The notes under the pieces are model-generated. The model made no database searches, was not told the origin of the DNA, and saw only the letters and a program-made list of their open reading frames with translations. Below, piece by piece: positions 32,901 to 43,186 of a stretch of 64,000 nt of DNA (position 1 is the stretch's first letter; each line of letters opens with the position of its first letter). This stretch comes from Wickerhamiella versatilis (taxonomy: Eukaryota). The stretch spans positions 992,001-1,056,000 of the forward strand of contig JAQOWU010000003.1 in assembly GCA_030867685.1 (NCBI GenBank). Direction: 5' to 3'. The position numbers were made by a program, and so were the translations under genes.

Positions 32901-35164
32901 AGTGGGATGAAAAGTATCAACAACTATCGGAATTATTCTATCTCAGTGTTGAAGATGATGAGAGAATTTACGCCTTTGAGGAATTCAGATTGCCTGAGCG
33001 CTATGCTGACCTTCCTTCGCAAGCTCGTAATCTGCCCTTTGTGCTTCCAGAACGGCCATATCCTCCTTTTTTCTTTGTCCGGTTGGTTTCTGCTCGCTGG
33101 TTGCATTCTAGCGCCACTGCCTCAATCGATTTCCGGCATATACCAGTTCCATCGCCGGTTCCTAATACTTCGGTCATAGACGAGCCTTCGTCATTACTAG
33201 AATCTGACCAGTCAGTGATGATAGGTACTCAGGACAAGATCATCGATTTTAGAACGACTGAGCTGGCAGTCTGGTTGGTTTCAGACAATAGCGATCTATC
33301 AGGGAACCTCTTGACTGACCTTGAGATTCTCTCCAAGTCTGCATCAGTGAGAATGACACCTCAACAATGGGAATTTTTAACAAGATTCTGGGGGCGTAGG
33401 GCTGCTATACTTGACCGTATAAGAACGTTAGTATGCACGGATATTGAACTGCTGGGCTCCTTAAAGGGAGCCCTTATGGAGATAGCTATTGCTAGGACTC
33501 ATTATTGGGCGGAAAGAAATCAGTTAACCGTTCGATATGTTCTTCTTGGTCTTCCTATTGCGAACTCTAGATCTTTCGGTCAATGGCTTGACATCAGTAG
33601 GCGAGACATCGCGAATTGCCCCCCTCATCCTTGCCAGATAAATGTATTTGGATTTGCCGATTTACCATATATGTCACAATTGCGTGTTATGCTTAGTCGA
33701 GTGCCACCAAGAGTCTTGGTGGTCGTACCAGATCATTCTGCCGTCAAACTGGCCCAGAAACTTGGTTTTGATGCCGTAACGAAGAAATCACTATCGTCGT
33801 CATCACCAAGAAGTAAGGAAGTGTGGGTAGTCCATACACAATCATGGGACTCGCGTGAGGCTCGATATATTGATTACACGGCTACTGAAATACAAAGATT
33901 GATTCCATTAGCGGACGAAAAGTTTGTTATTCTTTGTCCTGAATCGCGTCAAGCTTATTATCAAAAATTTTTGACGGAACCTATACCAGTTGAATCGAAT
34001 ATTCTGTATAGTATGCGCGATTTTCTCTCGGTGGAGATTGCTGCTGGAACAGTGACCGGCCCAGACGATGCTCTAGAAATTCTAAGTCATACTTACTGGT
34101 GGACACGTTTGGCCCAGAACCCAGGCTACTATGGTCTAATATCTATGAGTAGTGATGAGTACGCAAGCGAAATTGTCGAGTCAAGTTTCGAGGAGTTGGC
34201 TGAAATGCGACTTATCGAGCTTGATAATGAAACCCTCGAAGTGTCGCCTTTGAATGGAGCTCGAATTGCTGCACGTTCAATGAATATGACGCCCACATCG
34301 GTGGCAAAGATTCAGAATCTGGAAAGTATTCGATTTACAAGCCTTCTTGAAGAAATCTGTAATACCCCCGAAGTTCAAGATGTCACAAGCGCTTCTGAGA
34401 CGGACTTTTTGACTTACAGCGCCCTAGTACGCTCTCTGCCTATAAAATGTGATCCTTCAACTTCTCAAGGTAAAGCTTTGATGCTTTTGCAACTGTGGTT
34501 CAGTCGCACGAAGACAAATGACTCACCGGTGTCTGTCGTTGAAGCAGCCCTTGATGTTGTGTCTTCAACTATAGAAATACTTATCGGAGATGGTAGACTG
34601 GCAGCATTGACAGCAGTTGATATGAGTCAATATCTAACCCAGGCCGTTTGGGACCGAGACTCTCCACTGCGTCAGCTTCCTCACTCGGACGACGCTATGA
34701 TTCTGCGATGCAAGGAACACGACATTAACACTGTTCACGACTTCCTGGCAATTGAGGACGACGCCTTGAGGATTAAGCTTCTTGGCTTTGAGGATGAACG
34801 TTTGGCACAAGTAGCAAATTTTGTTAACCACTATCCATCTATTGATGTATATGCTAAATCACATGGACCTCTGGAAGGGGATGTGGTTATCGAAGTGATA
34901 ATTGAAAGAGAAATTGATGAGGATGATGATACTCAAGTTGTAGGCCCTCTCGAATCTGAACGACAGGAAGGCTGGTTTCTGCTTGTAGGCTCTCTGTCTA
35001 TGAAACAAATTTTTGGATTCAAGAAATGCTTGATTAATGAAGCAGAGATATCTCTGGAGGTTCCAGCAAGCATTCCCTCCGATGCCCCATCAGATATTAT
35101 GCTATGGTGCGTTTGTAATTGTTATGTTGATGCCGATAAGGAGGTTTCGATAAATATTTATTGA
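29963..35164 (+). CDS. BRR2: U5 snRNP helicase Brr2 (compact form)
   Basis: N-terminal EPVSLRG..ADIG, APTGAGKT, PLKALVQEQV, DEVH, SATLPN, QMLGRAGRP and two Sec63 units. First in-frame ATG at 29963, with an in-frame TAA at 29939. Confidence 0.9.
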   Translation: MPDSEPVSLRGHIELADIGKSASHDPLPVNRADIPEGNIAPQSGTVSDFVYEYLSDLPHEDITAVTEAIKALFNDEKITDVQRKAEVESILEPMSNEKFNELWQLAQNSGEPLIELSDSESSDSESLEPAGFKRISDDKEHIDLAWLAGKVDDLASPQEVLKVLEDEDNKEQVLNKLFGFKNPPLAAELGKRASEILWSVRLNSAESVHQREAIQNEIAALGLEIGPKNSIENENEELVDLQSLIVSTETEVKTTGKVRLPEGTTRISGPVWEQYNIPPPRHKKPRPEPVDSPANFKEFLPENLNAMQSRVADAVLMGDENILVSAPTGAGKTVVALMAILRCLQQPRTKVVYVSPLKALVQEQVRTFQTLLKTKSSDVVELSGDSNNSRDQLAKARVIIATPEKWDVVSRKLANLSLLSTVGLLVIDEVHLLHDLRGPVIEALVARFTSPRILGLSATLPNYTEVAEFLRVPEDCLFYFGPEYRPVPLIKSFVGVTEPQTTRKYKALNETCVEKVRDYVDEGHQVLLFVHSRKDTTATAELLANELHPLKLRPDTDEDELHSKGVGIHHAGLSRDQRSKVESLFASRKIQVLVSTATLAWGVNLPAHAVIIKGTQYYDPQQGQWTELSPQDVTQMLGRAGRPGFDAEGHGVLITYHEKLNYWLGLANSQLPIESRLIGKITDLMNAEVARGTINSIDDGLAWLGRTFYSVRMRNDPDKYRVGEGDWRRRLVRSALYQLQKLDCLTEDIQPTKSSKIAADFYIDPESVAIYRRQLKPYLTNIDLFRMFCLSHEFSSLSVRPEEKRELQRLQELVPIPVRPDDRPVHRKINVLLQVYICKLRLHGLALNVDSGYVAQSAARIFRALYALSVAQGWPQVAHNLLDVCKMIDHRMWLSSSPFRQFMDCPREIIRKSESSMMPWNRYFDLESPAEIGEALRNSKLGEPALELLHRFPRFELSAQILPISPSVAVVATDISPIFEWDEKYQQLSELFYLSVEDDERIYAFEEFRLPERYADLPSQARNLPFVLPERPYPPFFFVRLVSARWLHSSATASIDFRHIPVPSPVPNTSVIDEPSSLLESDQSVMIGTQDKIIDFRTTELAVWLVSDNSDLSGNLLTDLEILSKSASVRMTPQQWEFLTRFWGRRAAILDRIRTLVCTDIELLGSLKGALMEIAIARTHYWAERNQLTVRYVLLGLPIANSRSFGQWLDISRRDIANCPPHPCQINVFGFADLPYMSQLRVMLSRVPPRVLVVVPDHSAVKLAQKLGFDAVTKKSLSSSSPRSKEVWVVHTQSWDSREARYIDYTATEIQRLIPLADEKFVILCPESRQAYYQKFLTEPIPVESNILYSMRDFLSVEIAAGTVTGPDDALEILSHTYWWTRLAQNPGYYGLISMSSDEYASEIVESSFEELAEMRLIELDNETLEVSPLNGARIAARSMNMTPTSVAKIQNLESIRFTSLLEEICNTPEVQDVTSASETDFLTYSALVRSLPIKCDPSTSQGKALMLLQLWFSRTKTNDSPVSVVEAALDVVSSTIEILIGDGRLAALTAVDMSQYLTQAVWDRDSPLRQLPHSDDAMILRCKEHDINTVHDFLAIEDDALRIKLLGFEDERLAQVANFVNHYPSIDVYAKSHGPLEGDVVIEVIIEREIDEDDDTQVVGPLESERQEGWFLLVGSLSMKQIFGFKKCLINEAEISLEVPASIPSDAPSDIMLWCVCNCYVDADKEVSINIY

Positions 35165-35198
35165 GTAATAACATGAAGTTATTATGTTGGTCTATATA

Positions 35199-36803
35199 TT
35201 ATGCAACACCAATACGAATAGCTAGATCATAGATTTTGAGCTTTAAAACACAATGCCAATATCGCATGTACACTCCAATCGTTCCAAAAATTCTACCAGG
35301 TGACCAACTGTGGCCATACCGGGCAATTAATGTCTCGCGATCATCATCGAATACAGCAGCAGCGCAGTACTGTGCCATAATTACGAATGATCTGACAATA
35401 CCCAGGGGAGAATCAAGCTTATTATCAAGATAGCGAATTAAGTCATTGGTTTTGAGTATCAGGAGCACAACATTCGGCATTGAACGTAACATACGCATGA
35501 TGTCCCCCACAAGGCCTTCTTCTTGTATTGCCTTAGCCATTTTCTCTGTCTCTGCGGGATCTCTTGCCGTTACGACATTTTTCAATGCAGCATCAGTGTC
35601 TCGTCCGGTAATCGCTGCGGCAAATATTCGAAAGTTGTCATCGTTGATTCCTGCAAACTCATAAGCCCACTTTCTCATTCCAGCCTCATCCTTATCGATT
35701 AATGAGAGCCACAGATGGGCGTATGCCAGACGGATTTTCGTAGGTATATACCGATACAACCCGTGGTCATATAAGATCACTTCAAACTTATGGTTTCCGG
35801 GACCTCTCGGCTTCTTAAGAGGCCTTATGGCAATGTTTCCAGCGTGGGGGTCGCAATGCAGACCTACTCCAGGTGTGAAAATCATATTATTGAAGAGGTG
35901 CGCAAAGCATATTGATAGCTGGCCTCGATCAACACCCGCCTTGTTCAAAGCCTCTATATCATCTGGCCGGATACCTTGCAAGAATTCCATGCAAAGCAGT
36001 CTTCGCACACTCCAATAGACCTCGGGCACACGAAGCGCCGTCTCGTCATAAAATTTTTTGAAATAATCAGCAGTGCGTGCTGCATTTTTAGCCTCTTGTC
36101 TAAAGTCCAACTCAACATAAATTGAGTTTTGCAGCTCATCAGAGAGCCATCGCAAAGGGTAATTTGGGAAAAAATACTCTGAAAGCGAGGCCACGGTAGA
36201 TACCAGCATGATGTCTAGCGGAACATATCGATCTAGGGAGGGATGCTGTACCTTAACTGCAACTTCACTACCATCCTTAAGCCGGGCACGGTGAACTTGA
36301 GCAAGCGATGCTGTCCCCATGGGCTTGTGATCGAATTCACTGAAGAGATCATCAATGTTTTTACCCAGATCTGACTGGAAAAGCCCTTTAACAGACTCAT
36401 AGGACGACACGGGGCATTTGTCTTGTAGTGGCAACATTGCAGTTGTCCATTCCTCAGGAAAAATGTAATTTAACGCACATACATGTTGGCCCACTTTTAT
36501 CCAGATTCCTGCATTGTGCTCCATAGCATTACGGGCTATTTCTGCACAGGCAACATGGCAATCATGGTATGCTTTATTTTCAGCCTCCTTGTTAGGATAC
36601 TCTGCATTTATTACCTTGTGATAACGCCATACACACCGACCGAGAGCTACCCCAACGGTTGTGCCTCTATTTGTAGCGTGCGCGGCAAACCGAGCAAATT
36701 TATTGACCGAGTCATAATTATAATACGCAGCAATGGATCCTGCTGCTAAACCACCAGCAACCAGCCATCGCCTACGCAGTGCAGGCAGCCACAACCGTGC
36801 CAT
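35199..36803 (-). CDS. MCP2: ABC1/UbiB atypical kinase (Mcp2/Cqd2, ADCK1-like)
   Basis: IKVGQH, ASLAQVH, VAVKVQHP, ELDFRQE, HCDPHAGN and LYDHGLY, with a mitochondrial presequence. Confidence 0.85.
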   Translation of the reverse strand: MARLWLPALRRRWLVAGGLAAGSIAAYYNYDSVNKFARFAAHATNRGTTVGVALGRCVWRYHKVINAEYPNKEAENKAYHDCHVACAEIARNAMEHNAGIWIKVGQHVCALNYIFPEEWTTAMLPLQDKCPVSSYESVKGLFQSDLGKNIDDLFSEFDHKPMGTASLAQVHRARLKDGSEVAVKVQHPSLDRYVPLDIMLVSTVASLSEYFFPNYPLRWLSDELQNSIYVELDFRQEAKNAARTADYFKKFYDETALRVPEVYWSVRRLLCMEFLQGIRPDDIEALNKAGVDRGQLSICFAHLFNNMIFTPGVGLHCDPHAGNIAIRPLKKPRGPGNHKFEVILYDHGLYRYIPTKIRLAYAHLWLSLIDKDEAGMRKWAYEFAGINDDNFRIFAAAITGRDTDAALKNVVTARDPAETEKMAKAIQEEGLVGDIMRMLRSMPNVVLLILKTNDLIRYLDNKLDSPLGIVRSFVIMAQYCAAAVFDDDRETLIARYGHSWSPGRIFGTIGVYMRYWHCVLKLKIYDLAIRIGVA

Positions 36804-37015
36804 TCCAGTGTAATTATTACTTAGTAATACGCGAAATAAATAGCCGGGCCTACAAGAGGAGAGAGAGCGAAATGATAGCTCGCCTCTATTTCTAAAAAGA
36901 AATTGAATACGATTTTCCTGATGACGTTCTCAGAAGAACATAAAATAATATAACATCACCAACACCTACACGATAGTAGAGGCCGTTTGGTGGGTCAGTC
37001 GTGTCAGCTTTAGTC

Positions 37016-38350
37016 ATGCCTCGCGAGCTCATCACAGTCCAAGCTGGCCAATGCGGCAATCAAATCGGTGATGTGTTCTGGCAGCAGCTTTGCCTTGAAC
37101 ATGGGATATCACTAGATGGAACACTGCAAGAACCTTTGGATTTTGATCGGCGAGATGTTTTTTTTTACCAGAGCGATGACACGCGCTATGTGCCTCGCGC
37201 AATTATGGTAGATATGGAACCACGGGTTGTGAATAGTATTTTGAATGGGCCGACTGGTGCAATGTACAACCCTGAAAATGTGTATCTAGCAACCAATGGA
37301 GGAGGTGCTGGCAATAACTGGGCAGTAGGGTACCAATATGGAGAGCAAAATTTAGAATCTTTGGTAGATATATTTGACCGAGAGGCAGATGGAAGTGATA
37401 ACCTTGAGGGTTTCCAGCTGCTGCATTCTATCGCGGGTGGAACAGGTTCGGGTCTTGGAAGTCTCATCCTAGAGCGCATGGCAGATCGTTATCCAAAGAA
37501 GCTACTAACGACTTATTCCGTCTTCCCGAACTCGAGTAGTCAGGGTAGTGATATAGTTGTGCAGCCTTACAATGCTATATTGGCCTTGAAACGCTTGGGA
37601 CTGTTCGCAGATTCCGTGGTGGTACTCGACAATAGTGCGCTCATGCGGATTGCAGCGGAAACATTAAGTGTTGCTAGCCCTACGCTGGCCCAGACCAATT
37701 CGTTAGTAGCAACCGTCATGAGTGCAGCCACAGCAACCCTGAGGTACCCGGGATATCTGTATCATGACCTCACGTCCATAATCTCTTCCTTGATTCCGTT
37801 CCCGGAGTGCCACTTTTTGACCACTGCATACACCCCATTTACTGCCCCAGGCACTGCAAACAATGCATATGTACGCCGTACCACTGTACTAGACATACTC
37901 AGGCGCCTTGTGAAGCCCCAGAACAGGCTTTTAAATACTGCACAGTCGCACCAAGCGTGTTATCTCTCTATTTTATGCATTGTTCAGGGTGAAACTGAGC
38001 CCCAAGAGCTTTCTAAAGCAGTCGTCCGCATGTTAGAACGTCAGTCAATTGCATTCCGGCCTGGCGGTCCCGCAGCTCTCCAAATCGGGGTCGCCCGACC
38101 GTCACCGCATGTCGCTGCTTATTCTCCACGGCTCAGAGGTGTTATGTTAGCGAATCATACTGGTGTGACCGGACTGCTCAAGAGACAGCTGGACCAGTTT
38201 GATAGGCTTTTCCATAGAGGTGCTTTCTTGAGTGAGTACTGTAAACAGCCTATCTTTGCTGATGGTCTCGAAGAATTTGAAGACTCAAGAAATGCGGTGC
38301 GGGCGGTCGCCGATGAGTATAGACGTATGGAACCGCCAGCACCACTGTAA
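37016..38350 (+). CDS. TUB4: Gamma-tubulin
   Basis: [37 protein letters not shown] and VVQPYN. Confidence 0.95.
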   Translation: MPRELITVQAGQCGNQIGDVFWQQLCLEHGISLDGTLQEPLDFDRRDVFFYQSDDTRYVPRAIMVDMEPRVVNSILNGPTGAMYNPENVYLATNGGGAGNNWAVGYQYGEQNLESLVDIFDREADGSDNLEGFQLLHSIAGGTGSGLGSLILERMADRYPKKLLTTYSVFPNSSSQGSDIVVQPYNAILALKRLGLFADSVVVLDNSALMRIAAETLSVASPTLAQTNSLVATVMSAATATLRYPGYLYHDLTSIISSLIPFPECHFLTTAYTPFTAPGTANNAYVRRTTVLDILRRLVKPQNRLLNTAQSHQACYLSILCIVQGETEPQELSKAVVRMLERQSIAFRPGGPAALQIGVARPSPHVAAYSPRLRGVMLANHTGVTGLLKRQLDQFDRLFHRGAFLSEYCKQPIFADGLEEFEDSRNAVRAVADEYRRMEPPAPL

Positions 38351-38561
38351 AAGGGTAATATAATTCACTGCCACCCCTAAAAGATGCAGGCATCTAGGGT
38401 GTTTTGGTGTTTTTACTTAGAATTTTTGTCTTGCTACTATCCTATTTAGTTGTAATTATAATTTACGAATGCATGGGACTCTCTAAGCAACCGCACCCCC
38501 TTTCAACTGGTAAATGACGAGATGGCAGGTGAGTTGAGTCATCCTTTCGGCACGAGTGTGC

Positions 38562-39497
38562 ATGTCTCATTTCGCAGGATACAGTGAGGAAGTCCAAATT
38601 GCCGTCATTGGTGGCACTGGCTTGTACCAGCTGGACCATTTGGAAGTGGAGGCCACGCTATCTGACGTGGTGACTCCATGGGGACCACCATCGAGCCCTA
38701 TAGTAATTGTGCGCACACCGAAGGGAGCACGTGTTGCATTCCTTTCTCGGCACGGATTCCATCATGAATACTCGCCATCAACAGTACCTACGCGTGCAAA
38801 CATTGCTGCTCTTAAGAAGTTAGGCGTGCGTGCTATCATTGCATTTAGTGCAGTGGGCTCTCTGCGTGAGGAACTTCGACCACGTGATTTTGTTTTACCG
38901 GACCAGGTCATTGATCGCACAAAAGGCATCAGGCCGCCGTCGTTCTTTGATCAAGGAATGGTCGGACATGTTGGGTTCAAGGATCCATTCGATCCGGCCT
39001 TAACAAAATTTGTGACACGTCACATGGAAGGTGTTATGCCCAATTCGTCAAAGTTCCATACACCAACGTCACTGGACCGTATGGTCACCCTTATATGTAT
39101 GGAGGGCCCGGCGTTTTCAACTCATGCCGAGAGCTTGTTATATCGCCAATGGGGCGGAGACGTTATCAACATGTCCTGCTTACCAGAGGCAAAACTGGCC
39201 AAAGAGGCTGAAATCAGTTACCAGATGATTTGCATGTGTACTGACTATGACGCATGGCGCCCCGATGAGGCTGGGGTCACCGTCGAAACCGTGGTAGGTA
39301 ATCTCCATGCCAACGCTGCATCAGCGCGACTGGTAATGCATGCAATTCTCGAGCCACTTGCAGAGGAGGTGAAAGAAGGCCGGATCGGATCAGATCTCGT
39401 GGGATCGATGAAGTTCGCTGCGAGCACGAAGCCAGGTGGCAGGGACCCGAAGCTTGTGCAAGCACTCAACTGGCTCCACCCTGGGTACTATAGTTGA
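38562..39497 (+). CDS. MEU1: S-methyl-5'-thioadenosine phosphorylase
   Basis: IAVIGGTG, FLSRHG, MEGPAFST, INMS and TDYD. The start may instead be ATG 38522 via a 49 nt intron (see findings). Confidence 0.95.
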   Translation: MSHFAGYSEEVQIAVIGGTGLYQLDHLEVEATLSDVVTPWGPPSSPIVIVRTPKGARVAFLSRHGFHHEYSPSTVPTRANIAALKKLGVRAIIAFSAVGSLREELRPRDFVLPDQVIDRTKGIRPPSFFDQGMVGHVGFKDPFDPALTKFVTRHMEGVMPNSSKFHTPTSLDRMVTLICMEGPAFSTHAESLLYRQWGGDVINMSCLPEAKLAKEAEISYQMICMCTDYDAWRPDEAGVTVETVVGNLHANAASARLVMHAILEPLAEEVKEGRIGSDLVGSMKFAASTKPGGRDPKLVQALNWLHPGYYS

Positions 39498-39678
39498 TTA
39501 AATATAGATAGATGCGACAATTAGTACACCTTAAAAAACCTCCTGGGATCTGACGCGAACCGAGATGGTGCAAAGCCCTTTCTGATGCCTAAATTGAGTC
39601 GCAAATTAATATTGTGTGTCGCAAGCAGACATCAGTAGTCAACTGCGACCTGGGTCCCCAAAATATCACAACCATAAC

Positions 39679-40107
39679 ATGGGGTTTTATGACGAACACG
39701 AGCAACTTCTCCGCCACCTTTCAGATGAAATCCATATGCACGTCATCAAGGTACGCCAGTTAATTCTCGAATCAAAACCAAGTCTTGCCAGTGCAGCCAT
39801 TCCACCTACTCCAGAAGCCACCAAAACATCATTGACTGAGGATTGCGGTGGACCGTTACCACTATCCCCAGCATCGGCACAACGTTGGGTCACGGACGGA
39901 ACCCGACCATCATTTCCCAAGGGAAAGCCCCTGGCTCCCTCCGTTGGCCAACGACCTACAAGGCGGATACCTCTAGAAGCTGCTCAAATACCACGTTTCC
40001 CTGGTTTTGGGGCCTTTCTAGTAGACGATGACGACATGCAGGATACGTCTGACCCTAGTGAGTTAGAGGCAGACGCTGCGATTGGCAGCTCTATATCAGA
40101 TAATTAA
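39679..40107 (+). CDS. Hypothetical protein
   Basis: ORF from ATG 39679 with a short helical N-terminus, Pro-rich middle and acidic tail. No family recognised. Confidence 0.45.
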   Translation: MGFYDEHEQLLRHLSDEIHMHVIKVRQLILESKPSLASAAIPPTPEATKTSLTEDCGGPLPLSPASAQRWVTDGTRPSFPKGKPLAPSVGQRPTRRIPLEAAQIPRFPGFGAFLVDDDDMQDTSDPSELEADAAIGSSISDN

Positions 40108-40397
40108 CTTATACCAATTGCAAAAGTTCGCGACCTCCTCGTATTATTCTCGTGTTTGAATAGGCTCATCTAAGAGGGGCTCTCACATGAGAAATCCCGC
40201 ATGCATACGGAGCCCAGAACCACAGCCATGCATAACAAGCGAAGCCATAAAAGGTAGGTAAGCTATCATCTAAACACAAACGAGGCGAACATCGTGGACA
40301 AGGGGAGCTTCTTTTATTTTTTAATTCTCCTTTTGCTTGCAACGGAGATTTAGCGGTGGGCATAATTAGGAATTTAAGTCAATAAATAAGAGAGAAC

Positions 40398-41114
40398 CTA
40401 ACACACGAGCTGATCTAAATCATCGAATGTTAAGCTTTCAGGAGCATCATACTCCTGTGTGAAATCAATATCAAAAGATGGAGCTGAAATCGCGTGAGGT
40501 GGAACAAAAAGGTCAACACCTACAGAATCATAATAAAGATTTTTGGCATTCTCTGGCAATCGTGGAAATAGGGCAGCCTTTTGCTTCTTCTTTGGCCGTT
40601 CTTCCTCGGCCACGGTAACTTCCATACTCCTCTTCTTCCCAGACTCCGACTTCGGCAACTCATCTTCAGGCCGTGGTGTCAAAGGAGTCTCGACCTCAGG
40701 GGTCTCTGCCTCGGCATCGCTGGACGGAGTCGAGGACTGACCTTGATCTTCATCCTGCGGAGGGGTCCACGTATATACTAGGCGCTTTGGCTGGTCTGTC
40801 GAAACCTCTCGAGTTAAGGGTAGTTCGGCTAGCTGTGACGACGTCGGGTTGGGACTGTCCGAGTGATATCTTCGAAAAAACGCATTGAGTTTAGATGACA
40901 ATACACTGGATGATATAGACTTGAACCCCGGGGTGCCGGGGCCAATTCTATCAAGTGCTGCTGCGAGATCACGTGTCGTCATACCTCTGGGATGACTATC
41001 TCTAAGCACTTCAGAGCACAAGCTAATTAACACTCTGTTGGGGTCTGCAAAGTCCTCATCATGTTCTGCGGAAACAGGAGATCCTGGCGTACTGGATCCA
41101 CGCCTTGCCGCCAT
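40398..41114 (-). CDS. GDS1: Gds1-like winged-helix protein
   Basis: D.NRVL...RGMTTRDLA...LSSKLNAF...PKRLVY, and C-terminal PESLTFDDLD. Confidence 0.75.
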   Translation of the reverse strand: MAARRGSSTPGSPVSAEHDEDFADPNRVLISLCSEVLRDSHPRGMTTRDLAAALDRIGPGTPGFKSISSSVLSSKLNAFFRRYHSDSPNPTSSQLAELPLTREVSTDQPKRLVYTWTPPQDEDQGQSSTPSSDAEAETPEVETPLTPRPEDELPKSESGKKRSMEVTVAEEERPKKKQKAALFPRLPENAKNLYYDSVGVDLFVPPHAISAPSFDIDFTQEYDAPESLTFDDLDQLVC

Positions 41115-42121
41115 CGCTGATTTTTTGAGGTACCTCTAAACCCCTGCCTTTACTGACTACTATCTCCCAGTCATGACTGAGATTTGCCTGTTATAAGGCG
41201 ACCTGCGTGAACAGGCGACAGCATTACGTATGCGTAAAATCCCAACCCTTTAGGCTTAGGTTTTGTGTTATTAATACCTATTTGCGGATATCCCTCCTGC
41301 CCCGTGGTTGGCGGTATTTGCGCCTTCAGTGGGACCAAGCGTGTTTTAAAATTATTTAAAAAACTCTAACTGGTTGCTAACATTTACTAACTTGTAAAAT
41401 CTTAAAGCTTTGATTCATTCTGTTTTGATCACTCCTATGCCTGTATTTTTTTTCCATACCTGCGACCGGCTGGATGCAGCGATGCAGTGGCACATAGTAC
41501 CCTGACTCTATTATGAGTAATATGTTGCTCGCACAACGAGAAGCTCTTATTTGTGGCAAGGGTTTACATTTCCTACCCTTACCACTCCAGAATCATCGAT
41601 TCCGACGGGACAAAATGTTTACTGGATTTCAATTATTTCCTAGTTTCAAGTTTTCTTAGTTTTTTTGAATTCCTGCAAAATTATTCGCTGATTGTGTCAG
41701 GGTAAGGTTTTTGTATGAGACCGAGCAGTGGGCATTACTAGTCCATTAAGGAGGTGCTAGAGATTTATGAGGATATTTCACGTTCGCAATACAAAATAAT
41801 AGGGATTGAATCCTCTCATCTAAAAATAGACACGTGTCATCCTTTCCTGAAAAAATGTAATTATTAATCTTTTCACTCATTTCATCTTGGAATATTCATT
41901 ATGTAATGTTCCAGGTTAGGTTTGTCTACGGCGTTTCTCAACATTCCCCGTGTGACTGTTGGTCATATTTCTAATGGCTTACAAAATTAGGTTTTGCTTA
42001 TAAATGTGTGATTAAGATTTTCATTAGGTAACAATTGAGGTCCCACTTTCGGTGCCATGGTTACCCCACATTACTGAGGTAATGATGGATTACAAATATA
42101 AGAATCCATGACTGAGTCATC

Positions 42122-43186
42122 CTAATATGGACTTATCATTCCGAACGAAGTGGTCCTCACGCGGTCAGTCATTGGTTTGGGCGCACCAGGCGCACCATTG
42201 TTGGTAATAATAGGTGTAAAATCATCATCTGGTGTCAACGGGAGTGCTATGGAGGATTGTGGAGAGCTGGTCCCAGAGGTCGGGCTGTCGTAACTCAGAT
42301 ACGATGCAGGACCTGGCGGGACTGCCGGTGGGATAGTGACTGAAAGTTGATTCCTTGACATCATAAAGAAGTGAGACACTGTATCAGCAATGTCCGCAAC
42401 TTCCTGTCTGCCAGCCACTTCCCGTGGTGAAGCTGCAACTGCCCGTGTCAGAGCCTCGAAACACTCCTGAGTGCACTCTGCTGGGCAAACAAAAGGCCGC
42501 TGCTTGTTGCTCATCGCATCCAATACAAGAAACGCCAGGCCCATAGCAGCTGATGCCAAGGCTGAGGGAGTGAAGCCAAGACACTCCCGAGAATATAAAG
42601 CACATTCACACAAATAACGGCCCATTGACAGCGCCTCCGCGCACTCGCTTGAGTCATAAATATCTCCACATTCAAATTCTTGGAATTCTCTCGTGATTTG
42701 CCCTACGAGCAACTCTAGGAAATTGAATGAGGTGGGAACAAGTAGTTCCCAGTCCAGGGAGGTCAGCATATGAAATTCCATTTCATTAAACATAGACTCT
42801 GCGTACGTGGAAGCACACAAATACGCAAGGTCTGCAGCCGATGGCACCCTTCTTTTGTCGTCATAAGCCTTCGCCGCAAGCCATATGGACACACACCCAA
42901 CTAGTTGATAGTGGCGAGCATGAATAACTCTACGCGAAGTATAACGGTCAAGTATACTTACTGCCAAGGCAAACGTATCTAACTTGAGTCCAAATACTTG
43001 TCTGGCTTGGCTCATGAACTCCAGCAGCCTGGACCGCATATTCCATTGAATTTCAGGCTGAGAGTCCATAAGTTCAAGATTCGGCACACTCTGCTGCTCC
43101 TGATCCCGCAAGGCAGCATAGAAATCATCTACTAGTTCGCTAACTGCCTCCTGTGCAGCAAGGTCTACACGTGAAAAAGATTCCAT
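42122..43186 (-). CDS. G1 cyclin (Cln3/Ccn1/Puc1-like)
   Basis: QPEIQWNMRSRLLEF, LDRYTSRR, YQLVG...LAAK cyclin box and a C-terminal S/T-P-rich PEST region. Confidence 0.9.
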   Translation of the reverse strand: MESFSRVDLAAQEAVSELVDDFYAALRDQEQQSVPNLELMDSQPEIQWNMRSRLLEFMSQARQVFGLKLDTFALAVSILDRYTSRRVIHARHYQLVGCVSIWLAAKAYDDKRRVPSAADLAYLCASTYAESMFNEMEFHMLTSLDWELLVPTSFNFLELLVGQITREFQEFECGDIYDSSECAEALSMGRYLCECALYSRECLGFTPSALASAAMGLAFLVLDAMSNKQRPFVCPAECTQECFEALTRAVAASPREVAGRQEVADIADTVSHFFMMSRNQLSVTIPPAVPPGPASYLSYDSPTSGTSSPQSSIALPLTPDDDFTPIITNNGAPGAPKPMTDRVRTTSFGMISPY

